Positions 9,725 to 18,214 of a stretch of DNA of 64,000 nucleotides are shown here, piece after piece; position 1 is the first letter of the stretch; every line of letters begins with the position of its first letter. Under the pieces are notes generated by a model. It made no database searches. It was not told the DNA's origin and saw nothing but the letters and a program-made list of their open reading frames with translations. Both the position numbers and the translations under genes were made by a program. Source of the stretch: an uncultured Candidatus Saccharibacteria bacterium (GTDB lineage: Bacteria; Patescibacteriota; Minisyncoccia; Phycocordibacterales; G965230995); contig OZ246398.1 in the NCBI GenBank assembly GCA_965230995.1, positions 528,213-592,212 on the forward strand, written 5' to 3'.

Positions 9725-10468
9725 ATGGATAATAAAGACGAAAGGAAGGACGAATCCGACCTCCTTGTAGTTGCTCATCAAATACAGGCGCCCTTAGCTG
9801 CTGTAAAATGGACTCTTTCAATGCTTGAAAATGGTGATGTGGGGAAGTTAACCAAAGACCAATTAGAGCTTGTAGATAAAGCTCAAAAGAGCAATGCACG
9901 CGCGATTCGTTTTATCGAAGATTTGCTTTCGGTTACAAAACTTGAATATGGCGGAGAAAATCTTGATTACTCTCTAGTCCCAATTATAGATGTTATTCAT
10001 GACACGATACACGAACTATCACCTGTCGCAAAAGAAAAGGGCGTTAAAATAATTGTAAACGATTTCAAAAGCGAAAGCCCTCTTATCGAAATAGACAAAG
10101 AAAAAATCAGAAGCGCTTTCGAAAATATTTTGGATAATGCAATAAAATATTCTGGACAAGATGGTTCAGTTGTAATCAATCTAGTAAAAGAAAGCACTGA
10201 TGTTTTAATTTCTGTTGATGATTCTGGTATTGGAATAAGCGAAGAAGACGAATCCGATTTGTTTAAAAAATTCTTTAGGAGCAGGCAAGCAAGAGAAACG
10301 GGTGCCGCGGGTACTGGTCTCGGTCTATTTATTGCAAAGCGAATAATAGAAAAACATGGCGGTAAAATATGGTTTGAAGACAAAAAAAGAGACTTACACC
10401 TAAAACAATCCGGTGCAAGATTTTCATTCACCATTCCTTTTAAAGTAATTGATGATATGGTAATATAA
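9725..10468 (+). CDS. Cytoplasmic histidine kinase lacking a sensor domain
   Basis: H-box VAHQIQAPL, N-box NILDNAIKYS, G1 DSGIGI, G2 GTGLGL; no TM segment. Confidence 0.88.
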   Translation: MDNKDERKDESDLLVVAHQIQAPLAAVKWTLSMLENGDVGKLTKDQLELVDKAQKSNARAIRFIEDLLSVTKLEYGGENLDYSLVPIIDVIHDTIHELSPVAKEKGVKIIVNDFKSESPLIEIDKEKIRSAFENILDNAIKYSGQDGSVVINLVKESTDVLISVDDSGIGISEEDESDLFKKFFRSRQARETGAAGTGLGLFIAKRIIEKHGGKIWFEDKKRDLHLKQSGARFSFTIPFKVIDDMVI

Positions 10469-10491
10469 ACTAGCTTAATTTACATATTTAT

Positions 10492-10875
10492 ATGGACCAA
10501 AAACTAAAAGGAAAGAAGATAATGTGGATCGAAGACGATCAGTTTCTAAGCGGTATAATAGCCCAAAAATTATCTTCACACGGCGGAACTCTCGTACACT
10601 CTTCAAATGGCGAAGACGGTCTTGCTATGGCAAGAAAAGAACTCCCAGATGTCCTTATATTGGATATCCTTTTGCCAGGGCTGTCAGGTTATGATGTCTT
10701 AGCTGGTATTAAAGATGATCCAAAAACAAAAGATATTCCGGTTATAATGTTTTCAAACCTCGGAGATCCAGAAGACATGAAAAAAGCAAGCGAGCTTGGA
10801 GCAACGAAATTCTTGATGAAAGCTACTATCGTTCCAGAGGAATTGGTAGAAGAAATTCTTAAAGTAATAAAATAG
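10492..10875 (+). CDS. Single-domain response regulator (receiver only)
   Basis: IEDD, LDILLPG, SN and conserved K; 127 aa with no output domain. Confidence 0.9.
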   Translation: MDQKLKGKKIMWIEDDQFLSGIIAQKLSSHGGTLVHSSNGEDGLAMARKELPDVLILDILLPGLSGYDVLAGIKDDPKTKDIPVIMFSNLGDPEDMKKASELGATKFLMKATIVPEELVEEILKVIK

Positions 10876-10927
10876 GCTTGATTTATCCTGTTTTGATTGT
10901 ATAGTGTTTCCACAAGTATTTTTTGGT

Positions 10928-13573
10928 ATGTCACAGAAAAAAGAAAAACAGAATAGAAACAGTCATTTTGGACCACAAGACATTGTAGTCAGAGGGGCGA
11001 GAACTCACAATCTAAAAAATATAGATGTGACAATCCCTAGAAATACTATGACTGTTATTACAGGACTTTCAGGATCAGGAAAGTCATCTTTGGCATTTGA
11101 TACTATTTTTGCAGAAGGTCAGAGGAAATATGTAGAATCTCTTTCTTCTTATGCCAGACAATTCCTAAAGCAAATGCAGAAACCAGATGTGGATGAAATT
11201 ATCGGAATCTCTCCGTCGATTTCTATTGATCAAAAATCTAGATCAAACAATCCTCGTTCAACCGTTGCGACCATAACAGAAATATATGACTATCTTCGTG
11301 TTTTGTATGCCAGAATTGGTAAACCACATTGTCTAATATGTGGAGATGAAATAAAGAGACTAACAAATGATGAAATAAAAAATGTCATCATAAGAAAAGT
11401 AGATGAAGAGCTCGAAAAATTAAAAGAAAAAAGAAAAGGCGATACAAAAAAGCAAAAAATAGAATTGCCTTCGTATGTTGAGATTTTTGCTCCGCTAGTT
11501 AGAGGCAGGAAGGGTGAATACTACCAATTGTTATACGATTTGCTCGGTAAAGGATATAGCGAAGTCCTAGTAGATGGAAAAAGAAAAAAATTGAGAGAAC
11601 AAATAATTCTTTCAAAAAACAAAAGACATGACATTGATGTTCTTGTCGATCAGATTAGTCTTTCTGAATTTGAAAGTACCAGAAAATCTGCCGAGGAAAG
11701 ACTGTCAGAAGATATCGAAAAAGCAATCGACGAATCAGAAGGCTTGATTGCAATCAGCTTCTACGATATGGCAATGAAAAAAGAGGAAAATTACAAACCA
11801 GAATCTTTTGTGATGTCTGTTAAATTCTCTTGCCCAAAAGACGGATATTCATATCCAGAAATTGAACCCAGACTATTTTCTTTCAACTCGCCTTATGGTG
11901 CGTGCCCAGAATGTAATGGTCTCGGAACTAGACATTTCTTTGGATCAGAGCCGTGTCCTGTTTGTGGTGGTGCGAGACTAAGGCCAGAAGCTTTGCGTGT
12001 TTTGGTCAACGGTAAAAATATTATCGAAAGCATATCTCAATCAATAGATGATGCTTATGATTTTTTTGATAATCTAAAATTAACAAAAACAGAAAAGGAA
12101 ATTGCTTCGGTTATGCTCCGCGAGATTACTTTGAGATTGCTCTTTATGAAAAATGTCGGTATCGAATATTTGTCTTTGGATAGAAGGGCTCATACGCTAT
12201 CCGGTGGTGAAGCTCAGAGAATTCGTCTCGCTTCACAGCTTGGTTCAGGTTTAGTCGGTGCTACATATGTGCTCGATGAACCAACTATCGGTTTGCATTC
12301 GAGAGATAATGCGAGATTGGTTGAGACTTTGGTTGAACTACGAAATCTTGGTAATACAATAATAATTGTTGAACACGACGAAGATACTATTTATGCTTCG
12401 GATTATATTGTTGATATTGGACCTGGTGCTGGTGTTCATGGTGGAAATGTCGTAGTGCAAGGCTATCTCGAAGAGCTTCTCTCTGCAAAGACCAATAAAA
12501 GCGGTTCAGTTACTCTCGACTATTTACGAAAAGAAAAACAAATTCCTGTACCAGAAAAAAGAAGGACACAAGATAAAGGTTCGCTTTCAATACGCGGAGG
12601 AAAAGTCTTTAATATAAAAAACCTTAATGTTGATATACCGCTAGGGCGTTTTGTGACAATAACTGGTGTATCGGGATCTGGAAAATCTTCTTTTATGTAT
12701 GAAATCGTACATAAAAATCTACTCGCAAGACTCGAAAGGAGATACCGATCAAATGAAATTCATAATTGTTCGAGCTTTACCGGCACGGAATATGTGAGCC
12801 GAGTTGTATTAGTTGATCAATCACCAATAGGTAGAACACCAAGATCAAACCCAGCAACGTATACAGGTGCTTGGACATTTATCAGGGATATGTTTGCTGA
12901 AACTAGCGAAGCTAGAGCGAGAGGTTGGAAAGCAAAAAGATTTTCTTTCAATGTAAAGGGAGGAAGATGTGAAGCGTGCCAAGGAAATGGTGAAATAGCT
13001 GTTGAAATGCATTTTCTTCCGACTGTATATGTTCCGTGTGAAGTCTGCGAGGGTAAAAGATTTATGAAGGAAACACTCGAAGTAAAATACAAGAAAAAAA
13101 GCATATATGATGTTCTAAAAATGACTGTCGAAGAAGCCTGTGTCTTCTTTGAAGATATTCCCGCAATACATGACAGACTAAAAACCATGCTTGATGTCGG
13201 TTTGGGTTATCTTGAATTGGGGCAATCAGCAACAACACTTTCTGGTGGAGAAGCACAAAGAGTAAAAATATCATCAGAGCTTTACAGACCTCATGTACAA
13301 AAGACAATTTATCTTTTGGATGAACCAACAGTTGGTTTGCATTACGAAGACGTAAAAAAACTAATAGACATTTTGCAATTGCTTGTATCAAAAGGAAACA
13401 CTGTTTTGGTGATCGAACACAATCTCGACCTAATCAAATCATCTGATTATGTTATCGATATTGGACCAGAGGGGGGAATAAATGGTGGAGAATTGGTTGC
13501 AAAGGGAACACCAGAACAGGTGGCAGAGTCTAAAAAATCCCATACAGGATCGTATCTGAAAAAAGTCCTTTAA
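10928..13573 (+). CDS. uvrA: Excinuclease ABC subunit A
   Basis: Two ABC cassettes (GLSGSGKSS, GVSGSGKSS, LSGGEAQR twice), Zn fingers; start at MSQKK. Confidence 0.98.
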   Translation: MSQKKEKQNRNSHFGPQDIVVRGARTHNLKNIDVTIPRNTMTVITGLSGSGKSSLAFDTIFAEGQRKYVESLSSYARQFLKQMQKPDVDEIIGISPSISIDQKSRSNNPRSTVATITEIYDYLRVLYARIGKPHCLICGDEIKRLTNDEIKNVIIRKVDEELEKLKEKRKGDTKKQKIELPSYVEIFAPLVRGRKGEYYQLLYDLLGKGYSEVLVDGKRKKLREQIILSKNKRHDIDVLVDQISLSEFESTRKSAEERLSEDIEKAIDESEGLIAISFYDMAMKKEENYKPESFVMSVKFSCPKDGYSYPEIEPRLFSFNSPYGACPECNGLGTRHFFGSEPCPVCGGARLRPEALRVLVNGKNIIESISQSIDDAYDFFDNLKLTKTEKEIASVMLREITLRLLFMKNVGIEYLSLDRRAHTLSGGEAQRIRLASQLGSGLVGATYVLDEPTIGLHSRDNARLVETLVELRNLGNTIIIVEHDEDTIYASDYIVDIGPGAGVHGGNVVVQGYLEELLSAKTNKSGSVTLDYLRKEKQIPVPEKRRTQDKGSLSIRGGKVFNIKNLNVDIPLGRFVTITGVSGSGKSSFMYEIVHKNLLARLERRYRSNEIHNCSSFTGTEYVSRVVLVDQSPIGRTPRSNPATYTGAWTFIRDMFAETSEARARGWKAKRFSFNVKGGRCEACQGNGEIAVEMHFLPTVYVPCEVCEGKRFMKETLEVKYKKKSIYDVLKMTVEEACVFFEDIPAIHDRLKTMLDVGLGYLELGQSATTLSGGEAQRVKISSELYRPHVQKTIYLLDEPTVGLHYEDVKKLIDILQLLVSKGNTVLVIEHNLDLIKSSDYVIDIGPEGGINGGELVAKGTPEQVAESKKSHTGSYLKKVL

Positions 13574-13605
13574 AAAGGAAACGCCCCGAGGCGTTCCTAA
13601 TTAAT

Positions 13606-14850
13606 ATGTCATTGTCAAACCTAAAAGAAGAAATAAATAATCTACCCGACGAAAGCGGTGCGTATTTTTTTCGTGACAAAGAAAATAATATTTTGTATAT
13701 CGGCAAAGCGACTTCTTTAAAATCTAGAGTAAAAAGCTATCTCTCGTCTGATTTGATAGAAAGTCGCGGTGAGAGAATAGTAAAGATGACACAGGAAACT
13801 GAAAAAATTTCGTTTGAAAAAACGGATTCAGTTTTGGAAGCCCTGGTCCTAGAGGCATACCTAATAAAAAAACATAGACCGAAATATAACGTCCTAGAGA
13901 AAGACGACAAAAGCTATAATTTTGTCGTTATCTCAAAAGAAAAGAAAGACGGTTTCCCAAAACTGGTTGTAATGAGGGGAAAAGATATTTTGTCTGGAAA
14001 TTTAGATTTTAAAATCGCATATTCTTTTGGGCCATTTACCCAAGGTAAATCCTTAAAAGTTGCATTGAAAATAATTCGAAAAATATTTCCATTTCGAGAC
14101 AAATGTGAACCAAATCTAAATGGTAAACCTTGTTTTAATTATGAATTAGGTCTTTGTCCGGGAATGTGTGCAGGGAAAATTTCCGCAGAAGATTACAGAA
14201 AAAATATAAAAAATATTGTTTTATTTTTTGAAGGAAAAAAGAAGAAAATTCTTTCATCTTTTAAAAAAGAAATGGCTTTGCTCGCAAAACAAGAAAAATT
14301 TGAGGAAGCAGAACAGATAAAAAGAAAAATCTTTGCATTAGAACATATACAGGACGTCGCATTAATTTCTGATGATTTATTGCAAAAGGGTAGTAGTGAT
14401 GAATATAGAATTGAAAGCTATGATATTGCACATTTGTCCGGGGACAATGTAGTCGGTGTTATGACAGTTGTGTCGAATGGCGAAGCTAGAAAAAATGAAT
14501 ATCGAAAATTCAAAATTAGGGGCGGATACGGCAATAATGATGTTGCTTCTTTAACAGAAGTAATAGAAAGGCGACTTGAACACAATGAATGGGAGTATCC
14601 CAAACTTATAGTTGTTGATGGTGGTATTGCACAAAAAAATGCGATTGAAAGTGTTCTAGAAAAAACTGGGATCTCAATTCCTGTTGTTTCGGTTTTAAAA
14701 GACGAAAGACACAAACCAAAACAAATTCTAGGGGATAAAAAAATAGCTTTGGAAAAAGAAGCTGATATTTTACTTGCAAATTCAGAATCTCATCGCTTTG
14801 CAATCACATATCATAGGAATATGAGAAACAAGAATTTTCGTTTGTTATAA
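13606..14850 (+). CDS. uvrC: Excinuclease ABC subunit C (short form, no C-terminal HhH)
   Basis: GAY..LYIGKA GIY-YIG, Cys cluster, UVR motif, RIESYDIAH and VVDGG RNaseH-like domain. Confidence 0.9.
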   Translation: MSLSNLKEEINNLPDESGAYFFRDKENNILYIGKATSLKSRVKSYLSSDLIESRGERIVKMTQETEKISFEKTDSVLEALVLEAYLIKKHRPKYNVLEKDDKSYNFVVISKEKKDGFPKLVVMRGKDILSGNLDFKIAYSFGPFTQGKSLKVALKIIRKIFPFRDKCEPNLNGKPCFNYELGLCPGMCAGKISAEDYRKNIKNIVLFFEGKKKKILSSFKKEMALLAKQEKFEEAEQIKRKIFALEHIQDVALISDDLLQKGSSDEYRIESYDIAHLSGDNVVGVMTVVSNGEARKNEYRKFKIRGGYGNNDVASLTEVIERRLEHNEWEYPKLIVVDGGIAQKNAIESVLEKTGISIPVVSVLKDERHKPKQILGDKKIALEKEADILLANSESHRFAITYHRNMRNKNFRLL

Positions 14851-14891
14851 CTGTTGATACTCTTACAGCATTTAGGTGGTATAATTAACTA

Positions 14892-15863
14892 ATGCTAAAA
14901 GGTAGAGTGGCAATTTTGAGGGGTGGACCATCGTCTGAATACGATGTTTCTTTGCGTTCGGGACATACAATTCTTAAAAATATGCCAGATAACTGGGATG
15001 CCAAAGATATTTTCATCGACAAACTCGGAAGGTGGCATATTGGTGGTGTAGAAAAAAGCCCTGAAAAAATTCTCAGAAATTTTGACGTTGTGTTTAATGC
15101 TATGCACGGAGAATATGGCGAAGACGGAAAGGTCCAAGCCTTGCTCGAATCGCTGAAAATACCATTTAACGGATCAAAATCTCTTCCGTCGGCGATAGCG
15201 ATGAACAAAATCAAAACAAAAGAAATTCTAGAACTTCATGGTATTAAAACACCTCGTTTTACATATATTAAAAAACAGGATTATACATACGGAGATTTGG
15301 CCGAGCTCTACGCTAGCCTGCCTAGACCGATTGTAGTCAAACCCGCATTTGCCGGCTCATCAATAGGAATATCAATTGTTAATTCTTTTGAGGAACTCGT
15401 AAATGCAGTAAATATTGCTTTCAAAGTGAGCGATTATATTTTGCTCGAAGAATTTGTTTCTGGTAGGGAATTGACTTGTGGAGTCCTAGATCACTCGAAT
15501 GGCAAAGATATTTATGCTCTATATCCGGTAGAAATACATTTTGATAAACAAAAAAAGATTTGGGACTATCAATCAAAATATGACAAGAATAGTCATTCAT
15601 ACAGTTGTCCCGCAAGAATGCCCGCGAGAATTAAACGCGAAGTCCAAGACATCTCTCACAAAGTTCACAGTGTGCTCAATCTTTCTCATTATTCAAGAAG
15701 CGACTTTATTGTAAATGATAAGGGTGATGTTTATTTCCTCGAAGTAAACACTCTCCCAGGGCTCACCGAAACATCTCTTTATCCTCTCAGTCTCGACACT
15801 GTTGGTATTAAAATGCCAAAGTTTATTAATCATATTTTGACCCTTGCAATAAAAAGAAAATAG
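14892..15863 (+). CDS. ddl: D-alanine--D-alanine ligase
   Basis: GGPSSEYDVSL, HGEYGEDG, GSSIG, DYQSKY, LEVNTLPG. Confidence 0.95.
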   Translation: MLKGRVAILRGGPSSEYDVSLRSGHTILKNMPDNWDAKDIFIDKLGRWHIGGVEKSPEKILRNFDVVFNAMHGEYGEDGKVQALLESLKIPFNGSKSLPSAIAMNKIKTKEILELHGIKTPRFTYIKKQDYTYGDLAELYASLPRPIVVKPAFAGSSIGISIVNSFEELVNAVNIAFKVSDYILLEEFVSGRELTCGVLDHSNGKDIYALYPVEIHFDKQKKIWDYQSKYDKNSHSYSCPARMPARIKREVQDISHKVHSVLNLSHYSRSDFIVNDKGDVYFLEVNTLPGLTETSLYPLSLDTVGIKMPKFINHILTLAIKRK

Positions 15864-15888
15864 GGTAAAATGTCATTTGTCGTTTAAC

Positions 15889-15964
15889 GGGCCCGTAGCT
15901 CATCTGGTAGAGCACTTCACTTGCACTGAAGGGGTGGCAGGTTCGAGTCCTGTCGGGTCCACCA
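15889..15964 (+). tRNA. tRNA-Ala (anticodon TGC), CCA encoded
   Basis: 76-nt cloverleaf: acceptor GGGCCCG/CGGGTCC with G3:U70 Ala determinant, anticodon arm CTTCA-CTTGCAC-TGAAG, T-loop TTCGAGT. Confidence 0.97.
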
Positions 15965-16005
15965 CAAATATAAAACCGGCTTCAATGCCGGTTTTATATT
16001 TGTGG
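15962..16005 (+). terminator. 19-bp perfect inverted repeat after tRNA-Ala (intrinsic terminator-like)
   Basis: CCACAAATATAAAACCGGC-ttcaat-GCCGGTTTTATATTTGTGG. Confidence 0.8.
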
Positions 16006-16173
16006 AAGGGGTCGGGGGACTCGAAACCTTTGTGAGATTTTATGGAGTCCGATAGGACGAACAGAAAATCCACAAATGGGTACTGACCCTGTAAGGTTCG
16101 AGTCCTGTCGGGTAGCTCAGATATTTTAGGAGTGAAACGAACTAAAATATCCACGAGAGTGACCGAGTCCTTC
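16005..16173. other. Multi-branched structured non-coding element containing sense and antisense copies of the tRNA T-arm
   Basis: Nested helices GAAGG/CCTTC, GGACTCGAA-A-CCTT/AAGGTTCGAGTCC, TTTGTG/CACAAA, GATTTT/AAAATC, GATATTTTAG/CTAAAATATC. Confidence 0.65.
16094..16113 (+). repeat. 20-bp direct repeat of the tRNA-Ala 3' part (att-like)
   Basis: AGGTTCGAGTCCTGTCGGGT identical to 15939-15958. Confidence 0.9.
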
Positions 16174-16187
16174 ATAATCATTATGTT

Positions 16188-16216
16188 ATGTTATAAAGTA
16201 ACATGTGTGTTATAAT
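16188..16216 (+). promoter_or_regulatory. Putative controller-protein operator plus extended -10 promoter
   Basis: ATGTTA-N5-TAACAT inverted repeat (16188-16204) next to TGT-TATAAT (16208-16216), 6 nt before ATG 16223. Confidence 0.6.
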
Positions 16217-16222
16217 TTATGA

Positions 16223-16429
16223 ATGAATGATGAATCAGTGAGACTTGGTATAAATCTGAGAAAGGTAAGAATGGTTAAGGAAAAGTCTCAGACTGATATC
16301 GCACATAATTTGGGAGTTAGTCGCGGCTTCATAAGTATGATAGAAAATGGAAAAACAAATCCAACACTTACAACAATATCAAAGCTGGCAAAGTCGGTTG
16401 GCGTTTCCATTGATGAACTTTTGAAATAA
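16223..16429 (+). CDS. XRE-family HTH, probable restriction-modification controller (C) protein
   Basis: 68 aa; LRKVR..SQTDIA..LGVSRGFISMIENGKTNPT; first gene of RM operon. Confidence 0.85.
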   Translation: MNDESVRLGINLRKVRMVKEKSQTDIAHNLGVSRGFISMIENGKTNPTLTTISKLAKSVGVSIDELLK

Positions 16430-16433
16430 ATTT

Positions 16434-17432
16434 ATGTCCAAAACAAAATTAAAAAATTTAAAATTTATGGACTACTGTGCCGGAATTGGTGCAGGTCGTA
16501 TTGGCCTTGAAAGAAACGGGCTAACCTGTGTCGGTTTTTCTGAAATTGATAGACAAGCAGAAAAAACTTATAGAAAATTTTTTGGTGAGGGCGAAACAAA
16601 TTATGGGGATTTGATGAAAATTGATACAAGTAAATTACCAGATTTTGACATGATGATCGCAGGTTTTCCATGTCAAACTTTTTCCGTTATTGGACAAAGA
16701 AAAGGAATGCAAGATGAACGAGGACAGATTATTTATGGACTTATCAAGATAATGCTTGATAAAAATTTAAAATATTTCATTTTAGAAAATGTAAAGGGAT
16801 TAACAAATCATGACAATGGAAATTCTCTTAAGGTTATTTTAAGTGAATTAGATAAGGCAGGTTATAAGGTTTTTTATCAGGTTTTAAATAGTGTCGATTA
16901 TGGTGTCCCCCAGATGAGGGAGAGAATTTATTTTGTTGGCATAAGAAAAGATTTAGTTCCAAATAATTTTCAATTTTATTTTCCAGAACGCCAACCAAGA
17001 GCTGATGTTAAAGATTATCTAATTGATACTAAAGAGCTTGAATTTGATGAGAAAAAAGTTGCGTACGAGACTTTTTTGAAATATTTAAATAACAAATACA
17101 ATAAAGGACAACATGATATTAAAGAAATTCTTAAACAAGATTATTTAGTTATAGATACAAGACAATCTGATTTAAGAATTTATATAAATAAAGTACCAAC
17201 ACTTCGAACTGGCAGACACGGGATTTTATATGTAAAAGACGGAAAATTTAGAAAATTATCAGGATATGAATCATTGTTACTTCAGGGTTTTCCAAAAGAA
17301 CTCGCAAAAAAAGTCGATGGAGTTATCGAGGAAATACATTTATTAAAACAAACAGGAAATGCTATGACAGTCAATACCATTGAAGCCATTGCGAGAGAGC
17401 TGTTTAATACACTAGAAAAACATGAAAAATAA
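16434..17432 (+). CDS. DNA (cytosine-5)-methyltransferase, probably GCGC-specific
   Basis: Motif I variant YCAGIG, GFPCQ, ENVKGL, PQMRERIY, GNAM; partner of a HinP1I-like REase. Confidence 0.93.
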   Translation: MSKTKLKNLKFMDYCAGIGAGRIGLERNGLTCVGFSEIDRQAEKTYRKFFGEGETNYGDLMKIDTSKLPDFDMMIAGFPCQTFSVIGQRKGMQDERGQIIYGLIKIMLDKNLKYFILENVKGLTNHDNGNSLKVILSELDKAGYKVFYQVLNSVDYGVPQMRERIYFVGIRKDLVPNNFQFYFPERQPRADVKDYLIDTKELEFDEKKVAYETFLKYLNNKYNKGQHDIKEILKQDYLVIDTRQSDLRIYINKVPTLRTGRHGILYVKDGKFRKLSGYESLLLQGFPKELAKKVDGVIEEIHLLKQTGNAMTVNTIEAIARELFNTLEKHEK

Positions 17433-18201
17433 TAAAAAGAAAAATTTAAAACAAATGATAGCTCTCGGCTCAAAAACCGCAAAAGGCGGATTTACCAATG
17501 AACAAGATGTTATTGATCGTTTTAATAACTGGAAAACAGATAAAGTTGCTCAAGAATGGCTTGCAGAAATGAATTACAAAATTGACGATATTGAGTTTGT
17601 AAAAGCGTCAAAAGTCAGAGGTCAATACAAAGCTGATATTCAAGTGCGAATAACTATTTTGATTAAATTAAAATCTCAGGAAGATTTACAAAATTTACAA
17701 GTAAAACTAGTAAGCAATCCGCAAGGATTTAATCAGATAGATAAAAGATGGGTTGATAAATATGTTGAGCTTTGGAATATTCCAAGTAATATTGTAAAGA
17801 TTTTGAAACTTTTTACGGGTGAAATTGCACCAATAAATAATGACTTGCGAGACCCTCGCAGAATGTTTTTAGATGAAATGAGTGAATCTGATCAAAATAA
17901 GTTAATCAATTTCATTAAAGAAAATAAGATTCTTATTGTTTCTGATTTGCTAAAAGGACGAGGCGAATTTTCTGCTGATTGGACCTTGGTTATTCTGAAA
18001 GTGAACGGAAAGAATGCTTGGGTTTTAAAATCAATAAATCATGTCATGAATGTTTTTGGGGCTGGTGATATTCGTATAACACGAGAAGGAAGTTTGAAAA
18101 TCGGAAAAATCGGAATGCAAAGAAAGGGGGGTGATGGTGGTCGTGATACTGCTAAAATGTTGCAGTTTAAAATAAACCCCGTTGAATTGTTTGAGAAGTA
18201 G
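17422..18201 (+). CDS. Type II restriction endonuclease, HinP1I-like
   Basis: LGSKTAKGGF.NE, QVKLVSN..GFNQIDK.W, QRKGGDGGRDTAKMLQFKINP.ELF match my recollection of R.HinP1I along its length. Confidence 0.85.
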   Translation: MKNNKKKNLKQMIALGSKTAKGGFTNEQDVIDRFNNWKTDKVAQEWLAEMNYKIDDIEFVKASKVRGQYKADIQVRITILIKLKSQEDLQNLQVKLVSNPQGFNQIDKRWVDKYVELWNIPSNIVKILKLFTGEIAPINNDLRDPRRMFLDEMSESDQNKLINFIKENKILIVSDLLKGRGEFSADWTLVILKVNGKNAWVLKSINHVMNVFGAGDIRITREGSLKIGKIGMQRKGGDGGRDTAKMLQFKINPVELFEK

Positions 18202-18214
18202 TTTTTGATTATTT

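Noticed and set aside
13606-14850. UvrC lacking HhH (and AlaRS lacking C-Ala at 37990-39765) as pseudogenes
   Set aside because: Both end cleanly with intact catalytic motifs and no downstream remnant; consistent with streamlined forms
16041-16062. GAGTCC-GATA-GGACGAA resembling hammerhead ribozyme stem II
   Set aside because: The CUGANGA core is absent (TTATGGA) and GAAA is GAAC; no stem I/III arrangement found
16078-16120. Possible second tRNA around GGTTCGAGTCC
   Set aside because: Only the T-arm and part of the acceptor 3' strand are present; no D-arm, anticodon arm or CCA
15900-16181. 93-aa minus-strand ORF over the tRNA
   Set aside because: Antisense translation of the tRNA and its repeat; no coding support
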